In this document: positions 57,042 to 64,000 of the stretch, one piece after another
How the letters are laid out: every line of letters begins with the position of its first letter
Numbering within the stretch: position 1 is the stretch's first letter
From: Flavobacteriales bacterium
GTDB taxonomy: Bacteria; Bacteroidota; Bacteroidia; CAIKAF01
NCBI GenBank assembly: GCA_025451235.1
Contig: JANWKT010000034.1
Span: forward strand, 77,014-141,013
Direction of reading: 5' to 3'
Length of the DNA stretch: 64,000 nt
Program-made: the position numbers and the translations under genes
The notes under the pieces: model-generated
The model's input: the letters and a program-made list of their open reading frames with translations, nothing else
Database searches by the model: none
What the model was told of the DNA's origin: nothing

Positions 57042-57524
57042 TATTCTTATCTATAATGTACCATCAAATGATATACTTTTTATCAGACCTCAAAAAAGAA
57101 ATGAACAAATAAATATTTTCTTGATTGGAAAACTGTCATGGCGGCTGGCCGCTGTTTCATATATTTTTTTATTTGCCATCACCATTGTTTACAATCGTTA
57201 GCATATCCCACTACTTAAGTCGTGGGTCAAGCCAACGAAAAACAATAAGGTGCGGTGGCAAATAAAAAAGGATTCAGCTACATACCGGGCTTGCATAATC
57301 ACCTTGTAAGTAGTGCTGCTGGCAAAAATATCCAAACAAATCTCCTGGTTCCAGGATTCCTATTAAAAAAATGTTGAATGCTCTTCACAATTTTACTTCT
57401 ATGAATAAATTACCTATATTCTTTTTGCCTGACTATCAGGCGATTCCTTGATTCAACTCATTTTCTTCATACTAAAGGGAAAGAGGTCTGAGTTTATATC
57501 ACGTTCACCCCTTAACTGCATGTT

Positions 57525-59207
57525 ATGAAAACAAGAATGTTCTACCTTCTATCGTTTTTTGCCATGACTATCTTAGCTTGTACAGGTCCTGGAAAAAACT
57601 CCGTGAGTCTTCCCTCTTCTTCTACCGAAGCCTTATCCATTTCGAAAACACTTACTTCAACTGAACTGCGTGTACTTCAAACCCGCAAAGAACCGCAATC
57701 CTCCGCACAGTATTCATACATGGATGATGCAGTGGTGAGTTCAGATAAAAAAGTCGTCAACAAAACTCCCGGTATTTCCAACTGGGAAAAGATCAGGGAA
57801 CAATATAATGTACCGGTTACCTTATTTACCATTTCTCCTTCGGTAGCCGACACATTGGTATATGCTCCATCAGGTACCACTATTATTATTCCACCTTATG
57901 CCTTTATCGACCAGAACGGAAAAGTGATCACCGATTCAGTCACCATTGAATACAGGGAATTCCACACCATTAAAGAAATTTTCTTTTCGGGGATCAACAT
58001 GGAATATTTGATCAGTGATGAAAAAAATATATTCGAAAGCAATGGGATGTATGAACTCAATGTAAGCTACCAAAACGAACCGGCAGAAATTAAAGATGAT
58101 CAACCCCTGGTGCTCAATATGGCTTTGAACGGTTCAAATGAAGGATATAATTTTTATGTACTCAACAAAACCAACAATGATTGGAGTGAAAACAAAGAAG
58201 CCATCGTTGACAATACCCGGAATGAGGAAAAATATTATACTGAAGAAATTATTTACGAAAAGCCCAGCCTTGGCATAAAAATGCTGGATAAATCCGTATG
58301 GGGTAAATATACCTGGGGCAAAGCCAATGATACCTATTTTCAATTGGTATTCAATCCTAAAATGTATCCTGAATTGGTACGATTTGAGCAGGCAGTATTC
58401 CAGGTCCATCAAACAGGAAAAGAATTTACCACCTCCATGGGATTGAATTATGCTACAAAAAAAGTGAATACTCAAGCCACCGAATATATTTTATGCAACG
58501 AGATGCTAATCACAGCAGTAAAAGAAAAATCAGGCTATGTGAGTTTTGCGATGAAATCAAAAGATTTTAATGAAACCTTTGAAGCCATAATTTATGTTCC
58601 GGAATTAAAAACAGAACAAGATTTCTTGAGAACCCTTTTGTCGTTCGAATCTGCACAAAAAGCTGAACTTTATAATAGGAATAGCAAACGTGAGAAAAAA
58701 TTGACAGAACATACCAATTATACCTACGTACCTACCAAAACAGCACTTACTCAAAACCTCATCACCAGCATCACAGGTTTTGAAGGGGCCGTATATGTAA
58801 AATCTCCGGGCATAGGCAACTGGGACAAACCCTATCCCTATATAGGACCACCACTGGCAAATGAACGCCAAATAGTGGCAGACGTTGAGTTCCAGGGGAA
58901 TCATGCACCGGTGGGGAAGATTTATGTAGCCGATGTTCTCAGGAACCGGATGATCACGGTAAGTGAAAAAGATGAAGGGAAATATCGTTTCAATATTGCC
59001 AAAGATGCCGAAATGATGATATGGACAGTAGATGAATCAGGAAATGCAGGAATGCTTACCGATAAAGAGATAGACCTGGAAGCGTTGAAAACAAAACCTA
59101 AAATTAAATTGCCGGTATATAAAATGGAAGAATTATCTAACAAACTGGAATCCTTTAGTGCAAAGGTGCTGGATAATAAAAAAGAAGGGGAAATCGGGAT
59201 GAAATAA
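57525..59207 (+). CDS. Hypothetical secreted protein / lipoprotein (560 aa)
   Basis: Signal peptide with Cys (ILACTG). No recognisable catalytic motif. Confidence 0.5.
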   Translation: MKTRMFYLLSFFAMTILACTGPGKNSVSLPSSSTEALSISKTLTSTELRVLQTRKEPQSSAQYSYMDDAVVSSDKKVVNKTPGISNWEKIREQYNVPVTLFTISPSVADTLVYAPSGTTIIIPPYAFIDQNGKVITDSVTIEYREFHTIKEIFFSGINMEYLISDEKNIFESNGMYELNVSYQNEPAEIKDDQPLVLNMALNGSNEGYNFYVLNKTNNDWSENKEAIVDNTRNEEKYYTEEIIYEKPSLGIKMLDKSVWGKYTWGKANDTYFQLVFNPKMYPELVRFEQAVFQVHQTGKEFTTSMGLNYATKKVNTQATEYILCNEMLITAVKEKSGYVSFAMKSKDFNETFEAIIYVPELKTEQDFLRTLLSFESAQKAELYNRNSKREKKLTEHTNYTYVPTKTALTQNLITSITGFEGAVYVKSPGIGNWDKPYPYIGPPLANERQIVADVEFQGNHAPVGKIYVADVLRNRMITVSEKDEGKYRFNIAKDAEMMIWTVDESGNAGMLTDKEIDLEALKTKPKIKLPVYKMEELSNKLESFSAKVLDNKKEGEIGMK

Positions 59208-59221
59208 TATTCAATAAAAAA

Positions 59222-59250
59222 GGAGAGACCAGAGGAATGGTCTCTCCCTT
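59222..59250. terminator. Bidirectional rho-independent terminator
   Basis: GGAGAGACC-agaggaa-TGGTCTCTCC hairpin with AAAAAA on the 5' side and a T-rich 3' side. It sits between convergent genes (stops at 59207 and 59290). Confidence 0.7.
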
Positions 59251-59289
59251 GCTTTACTCTACTCTACCACTATTACTATTCTAAAAATT

Positions 59290-59703
59290 TTATTTGCTGA
59301 CCCAAAGTCCCCAGCTGGCATCGAATTTATACCATTCTCCATCCGGACCTTGCCATTTCCATTCTGGCACCTCTCCCCAGGTTTTTCCTTTATCAGCGCT
59401 CCACCATAATTTACCTTCACCGATTTTAAGCCATTTGCCATCTTTATCGGCCCACATGCCATTTTCTACTGCTGCCCACGATTTTCCGTCAGTACTCCAC
59501 CATAGTTTTGCAGCACTATCAAGCTTGTACCAATATGTTTTACCATCCATTTTACCGGCCCAGGTACCATCCTCTTTTTTGGCCCAGTCACCGTAAACAA
59601 TTGAATTAATGGATGTAGGATGAAGAATGCCATTGATGGCAAACAAGGTTGTTGTAGTCGCAAACAGGGCACAAACCACTGCTGCTAAAAATGTTCTTTT
59701 CAT
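59290..59703 (-). CDS. Small secreted Trp-rich repeat protein
   Basis: The start is taken at the internal Met (MKRTFLAAVV..., signal peptide). The mature protein has repeated 'DGK.W' / 'KLWWS.D' units (11 Trp in ~115 aa). The tracked ORF extends 60 codons upstream and would run into the terminator-proximal region. Confidence 0.55.
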   Translation of the reverse strand: MKRTFLAAVVCALFATTTTLFAINGILHPTSINSIVYGDWAKKEDGTWAGKMDGKTYWYKLDSAAKLWWSTDGKSWAAVENGMWADKDGKWLKIGEGKLWWSADKGKTWGEVPEWKWQGPDGEWYKFDASWGLWVSK

Positions 59704-59809
59704 TTGAGTATAATTTTTATGATTTGTAGAGATATCTACGAGATAAAACCACCATTGGATTTTGGGTCCATCGATTTTAAATCCTTGCAAATGAAGACTA
59801 TCAAATCTT

Positions 59810-60523
59810 TTACGACTCCAATGCAGTAGCCGGTAGAAAACTGAGTACCATCCAATTCCGGTTCTTAGGTTTCTGAGGATCAATAAGTACCGGGATCTTT
59901 TTATTAGTAGGAATAAAAGGGGCTGGGTCCTCCCAGATCTCGTCCTTAGATAAAAAGCGGTAAGAGATCCTAGTCATGGGATCCGTCCAATTGGCAATAA
60001 TAATAGAAGGGTTCTTTTCATTTTTTGTTGTACCGTGGTTGATTTCAATGGTCATAAAATCAGCTTCAATTTTTTGGCCACGGGCTTCTAACCATTTGCG
60101 AAGATTTTTTTTATGGCGGATAACTCCAATAATAATGAGTCCGGCCGGAAGAAAAATAATACCCACAATTCCAAAAATGATCATAGTCCCCCAGTTCTCA
60201 AAAAATCCGGTTAGAAATATTTTTTTAGGATCACGGGCATCATAGAAGAGATGTATTTTCTGACCAATACTGAAAGTACTTTTGTTATACGGCGGAGATA
60301 AACTAACATTTGGACGAGACACCACCTCTTTTCCATCCGCATAAAATTTAATCACCGGCATATAGCTATTTCCTTCGTCATCTTCTATGATATCAATTCT
60401 CACCACTTCGCCATCCGCTTCCCTGGCATTGGCCATAAACTGACGATGGTCCACCAGCAAATAAATGGAGGTGATCAAAAAACCCAGACCGATGAGGCTT
60501 GTGATGTATCCGATCTTTATCAT
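59810..60523 (-). CDS. DUF3592-like membrane protein
   Basis: N-terminal TM, a beta-rich domain (GEVVRI...IKFYADGKEV), a second TM, and a C-terminal domain. Confidence 0.55.
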   Translation of the reverse strand: MIKIGYITSLIGLGFLITSIYLLVDHRQFMANAREADGEVVRIDIIEDDEGNSYMPVIKFYADGKEVVSRPNVSLSPPYNKSTFSIGQKIHLFYDARDPKKIFLTGFFENWGTMIIFGIVGIIFLPAGLIIIGVIRHKKNLRKWLEARGQKIEADFMTIEINHGTTKNEKNPSIIIANWTDPMTRISYRFLSKDEIWEDPAPFIPTNKKIPVLIDPQKPKNRNWMVLSFLPATALES

Positions 60524-60559
60524 ACGGATAAATATACATATTAAGGATAAGACTCGATG

Positions 60560-61336
60560 TTAATCGTAGTTCCTTTTTTTCTTGATAAAGCTTTTCTTTT
60601 TTTGGTACCAGGCATCCAACAGGGCTCCGTTGGCATAACTCACTTTGATGAAATAATTTTGCTTGACAGCACTGTACCAATAAAAAAACAACTTGGTCCC
60701 AATGAGTTGTGGGGCATTATTCACCATGTTATAAAATTTTTCTTCTCTTCTTATGCGGATGGCCTGATGACAGGTATCCTCATTGGGTAAGATCAATGTT
60801 CCATATCCGTCGTAATGGATGCTCACATTTACATATTGGTTCTTATAATGTCTTCTTCCATCTTTTAAAAATTCATATCTGTCGCTGAGTTTTTCTCCAT
60901 ACGAAAAAGGAAACCTGAACATCACCATGGTATCATCATATATATAAGGTATTTCACTCATGGGTGCCGATGGTTTTTCGAAAGCCCCTACTCTATAATA
61001 ACCAAAACTATCCAGATAGTTCACCCAAATGGCCATATCCGTTTTAATGGAATTGGAATCCACGGAATAGATCATATCAAACGGATCAGCTTGTGAAGGT
61101 GAGGGTTCACGGTATAACTCTTCATAATAAATGGCGGTATCTTTTACTTTGCTAAAATCCCAGAAAATATTTTCACCTGTAATACTTGTATCGATCAATG
61201 CAGGCTGTTTAATAAAACGGTACGTATACAGATCTCCCGTAGCTGGAATAATGGCTGGTGTGATTCTTGGCGCCTGAGCAATTAACATTGAACTGCAAAA
61301 AAACAATATGAAAACAAGCCGACTTGAAAAATGCAT
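60560..61336 (-). CDS. Hypothetical secreted protein
   Basis: The start is taken at the Met (MHFSSRLVFILFFCSSMLIAQA) that gives a signal peptide and avoids overlap with the upstream gene's 3' end. Confidence 0.5.
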   Translation of the reverse strand: MHFSSRLVFILFFCSSMLIAQAPRITPAIIPATGDLYTYRFIKQPALIDTSITGENIFWDFSKVKDTAIYYEELYREPSPSQADPFDMIYSVDSNSIKTDMAIWVNYLDSFGYYRVGAFEKPSAPMSEIPYIYDDTMVMFRFPFSYGEKLSDRYEFLKDGRRHYKNQYVNVSIHYDGYGTLILPNEDTCHQAIRIRREEKFYNMVNNAPQLIGTKLFFYWYSAVKQNYFIKVSYANGALLDAWYQKKKSFIKKKRNYD

Positions 61337-61410
61337 GGATAGAAATTTTGGTAAATCTACAAATGAATGATAAAAACGACACATACAAAAAAAGGGGAAT
61401 ATCAGGGGAT

Positions 61411-62052
61411 TTATTTGAATACTTCGATAAAGATCACTTGAATAACCCCCACCAAAAAACCCAGAACAGCCCCACTCCATTCGATAAATCTAAATTCTTT
61501 TTTTAGAATTCCATTGATCAGGTCTTCCAGTTTATCAGGCGAAAGCGCAGAAACTTTTTTAGCCACCAACTCCTCTACTTTCATGTTTTCTTCGAGGTCT
61601 TCCATTACTTTGTGGATCACTTCCGGAGCCATTACATGAACTTCCTGCATCAGGTCTATTTTTATCTGCTCTCGTCTTCGTTTACCAAAAAAAATAGATG
61701 CGATGGGATACTTAATAGGAAAATCGTGTTTTAAATAGTGCTCTACCTTCGATTCCACAAATATCAATAATGCGTCAATATTGTCTTTATGTAAAACTCT
61801 TTCCCTGATATCATGGGTGGTTAATAATTCATCTGCTACCATTTTGCCAATACTTTGTGCAAGCTTGTCCTGTCTTTTCGGGAAAACACCTTGTAACTTA
61901 TAAATCCCAAAATTAACGGGCTTCTCAGGTTTAAAGAGCATTTTTACTGCCACCCAGTTGGTAAACCAACCAATCAAGCCGGTCATTACTGGCGTGAGGT
62001 ATATGAAGATCTCGGATGTACTCATGTAAGTGAATAGCAAATATTGCCTCAA
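61411..62052 (-). CDS. DUF445-family (YheB-like) membrane-associated protein
   Basis: N-terminal TM, then 'GWFTNWVAVKMLFKP', which is characteristic of DUF445. Confidence 0.5.
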   Translation of the reverse strand: MRQYLLFTYMSTSEIFIYLTPVMTGLIGWFTNWVAVKMLFKPEKPVNFGIYKLQGVFPKRQDKLAQSIGKMVADELLTTHDIRERVLHKDNIDALLIFVESKVEHYLKHDFPIKYPIASIFFGKRRREQIKIDLMQEVHVMAPEVIHKVMEDLEENMKVEELVAKKVSALSPDKLEDLINGILKKEFRFIEWSGAVLGFLVGVIQVIFIEVFK

Positions 62053-62266
62053 AGATAGAAGTAGAATGATATGAGAATCAGAAACTAGGAGACATTGTGC
62101 ATAAATTGCTTGTGAATGTTCGAAAAATTTGCTAGTATTGATACACCATCCTGATAGCTATCGGGAGGGAACCAAATCAGTGATCCATGGATGACCATCC
62201 CGGTATAAATTGCATTTCAACTAAACCTTTCTACATTTGGCGACTAAATTAAATTTCCGGTCCCAT

Positions 62267-63202
62267 ATGAGAAATTGGCTCATTAAATTCTTTTTTAAGG
62301 CGACTAAAAAAGTGATCTACCGTCATGACTATACTCCTGATAAGTATCGGAAAGGAATGGATTTTTTCACTTCTTTCCTGAGAAAGCCCAAAAAAGTAAA
62401 GTATGAAACTGAAATGGTGGAGCACCTGGACGCTTTATGGATCCGTCCTGATAATATTGATAATGATAGTGTGATCCTCTATTTACACGGTGGTGGATAT
62501 GGAATGGGGTCTATTAAATCCCATAAAAAACTCGCTGCCAGGATTGCCCGTTCTGCTCATACCCAATGCCTTATTATTGAGTACCGATTAGCCCCTGAAC
62601 ATCCATTCCCAGCTGCATTGGAAGATTCCATCATCGCATATAAATGGCTCCTAAATAGAGGTTTTAAGCCGGAAAAAATTGCTATCGGTGGTGATTCGGC
62701 CGGAGGTGGACTCACCATTGCTACCCTGGTAAAAGCCCAAATGGATGGATTGCCGCAACCCCTGGCGGGTTTCTGTATGTCGCCCTGGGTGGATCTGGAA
62801 GCCAGTTGTGATGAAATTGGCGATTATCAGATTTACGACCCTTTCATTGATGCAGAAAGTATTAAAGTCTGGGGACGCAGATATGCCGGCGATGATGTAA
62901 AAAACCCCTTGGCATCTCCTATTTATGCTGATCTGAAAGGAATTGCTCCCCTATTGGTACAAATTGGTACTGCCGAAATCCTTCTTTTTGAAAACAGGAA
63001 TTTTTACCAGAAAGCGTTAAAATCCGGTGTGGATATAAAATTTGAAGAATACAAAGACATGGTCCATGTTTTTCAAACCTTTGGTGGTTTCCTGCCCCAG
63101 GCTGATAAGGCGATTGAATCCATCGGAAGATTTATCCTGGCACAGGCCCAAAAGACAGCCTCCGGTAAAACCACTCAAGACCTCGGCACTACTTTCGCCT
63201 AA
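62267..63202 (+). CDS. Alpha/beta-hydrolase fold-3 esterase/lipase (HSL family)
   Basis: HGGGY oxyanion motif. GDSAGG nucleophile elbow. C-terminal DxxH. The tracked ORF begins at a TTG at 62237; the first ATG is at 62267. Confidence 0.8.
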   Translation: MRNWLIKFFFKATKKVIYRHDYTPDKYRKGMDFFTSFLRKPKKVKYETEMVEHLDALWIRPDNIDNDSVILYLHGGGYGMGSIKSHKKLAARIARSAHTQCLIIEYRLAPEHPFPAALEDSIIAYKWLLNRGFKPEKIAIGGDSAGGGLTIATLVKAQMDGLPQPLAGFCMSPWVDLEASCDEIGDYQIYDPFIDAESIKVWGRRYAGDDVKNPLASPIYADLKGIAPLLVQIGTAEILLFENRNFYQKALKSGVDIKFEEYKDMVHVFQTFGGFLPQADKAIESIGRFILAQAQKTASGKTTQDLGTTFA

Positions 63203-63274
63203 GATTTCATCTATATATTTCTTACTCAGTAATTTTTTTCTAACCTTTAGGACAATTTTAACCCCTTTACTTGG

Positions 63275-64000
63275 ATGATGAGAATAATTAAGTTCCTGGT
63301 TTTTGCAGGCATTACTGGATTCTTCGTATTCGTATTAGAGTTTGGAATTTCCTTTGGAAGGACCACTTTACCTCCCATCGGGAAGTTGGCCCATCCTTAT
63401 TGGGGATTTCTATATAATGCTGCCAATGCAGATAAGGGGTTTGAAAAAAATCTTTCACTCACAGGAATTAAAGATGAGGTAACCATCGTTTATGACGATC
63501 GGCTTGTTCCCCATATATATGCCCGAAACGAAGAGGATCTTTTCTTCGCCCAAGGCTATGTTACTGCTCAGCACCGGCTTTGGCAAATGGATTTTCAGGT
63601 GAGGTTTGCAGCGGGTCGGCTTTCCGAGATCATCGGATCCAAAACTCTTTTCTTGGACCAGATCAATAGAAACAAAGGGTTGGCATGGGCCGCTGAAAAT
63701 TCGGTAAAGGTCTTCGAAGACGATCCGGTTACTAAACCTGTATTAGATGCCTATACTGCAGGAGTAAATGCCTATATAGATCAACTTTCTTACAAAGATT
63801 ATCCTGTTGAATATAAGTTACTCAACTATCAGCCCGAAAAATGGAGCACCTTCAAATCGGCCCTTCTTTTAAAATACATGGGTGATATGCTTACGGGTAA
63901 ATCAACCGATGTTGCATTAACCAATGCATTAAAAATTATTGGTCAGGATAATATGGATCTCCTCTTTCCGGATTTTCAAATGTCAGATACCGTCGTTTCT
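63275..64000 (+). CDS. Penicillin acylase (penicillin amidase, Ntn-hydrolase) family protein, 3' partial
   Basis: N-terminal TM/signal. The conserved family N-terminal region 'LFFAQGYVTAQHRLWQMDF...RFAAGRLSEIIG'. The reading frame is open to the window end. Confidence 0.8.
   Translation, partial: MMRIIKFLVFAGITGFFVFVLEFGISFGRTTLPPIGKLAHPYWGFLYNAANADKGFEKNLSLTGIKDEVTIVYDDRLVPHIYARNEEDLFFAQGYVTAQHRLWQMDFQVRFAAGRLSEIIGSKTLFLDQINRNKGLAWAAENSVKVFEDDPVTKPVLDAYTAGVNAYIDQLSYKDYPVEYKLLNYQPEKWSTFKSALLLKYMGDMLTGKSTDVALTNALKIIGQDNMDLLFPDFQMSDTVVS

Noticed and set aside
1-64000. CRISPR arrays, transposases/IS elements, integrases, restriction-modification or other canonical defence genes
   Set aside because: No direct-repeat/spacer periodicity was seen. 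No ORF has DDE transposase, tyrosine or serine recombinase, methyltransferase-endonuclease or nuclease-helicase signatures. The only dispersed repeats are the short GC-rich intergenic elements.

Overview
This 64 kb window is AT-rich (about 40% GC) and comes from a Bacteroidota chromosome that uses a type IX secretion system (T9SS). At least six encoded proteins end in recognisable T9SS C-terminal sorting domains.

Most of the window is housekeeping. It encodes acs, gap, tRNA-Leu(CAG), fadD-like ligase, mnmA, purA, fur, relA/spoT, fahA, secDF, meaB, a peroxiredoxin, a PaaI thioesterase and a radical SAM enzyme. Secreted hydrolases and adhesin-like cargo are interspersed among these. They include a subtilisin-family S8 peptidase, an M43 zinc peptidase, a GH25 lysozyme, lamin-tail-domain (LTD) and CotH proteins, and an FG-GAP protein.

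No transposase, integrase, CRISPR array or classical defence system is visible.

The most unusual locus is a compact minus-strand cassette at 38.7-43.0 kb, between fur and relA. It holds four paralogous lipoproteins that share an invariant post-lipobox motif (E/D)KR(R/K)YRPGY(H/Y), a variable charged and His-rich linker, a small two-Cys domain, and a glycine-zipper multi-transmembrane tail. Two paralogous small 'CKFD' lipoproteins are interleaved with them. A doubled GGGTTAACC palindrome sits in the cassette's promoter region. I do not recognise this as a characterised system.

Other observations worth a second look:
- A family of GC-rich intergenic repeats of about 100-130 bp, with four copies in both orientations.
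- A leader upstream of the FG-GAP gene that is dense in the motif GGTTTGA(A/G)G.
- An MbnP-like/MbnH-like (di-haem peroxidase) gene pair.
- An LTD-CotH operon followed by a DUF4956/DUF2490-like membrane operon.
- An orphan plus-strand terminator that suggests a small RNA upstream of relA.
- A bacterial archaemetzincin homologue.
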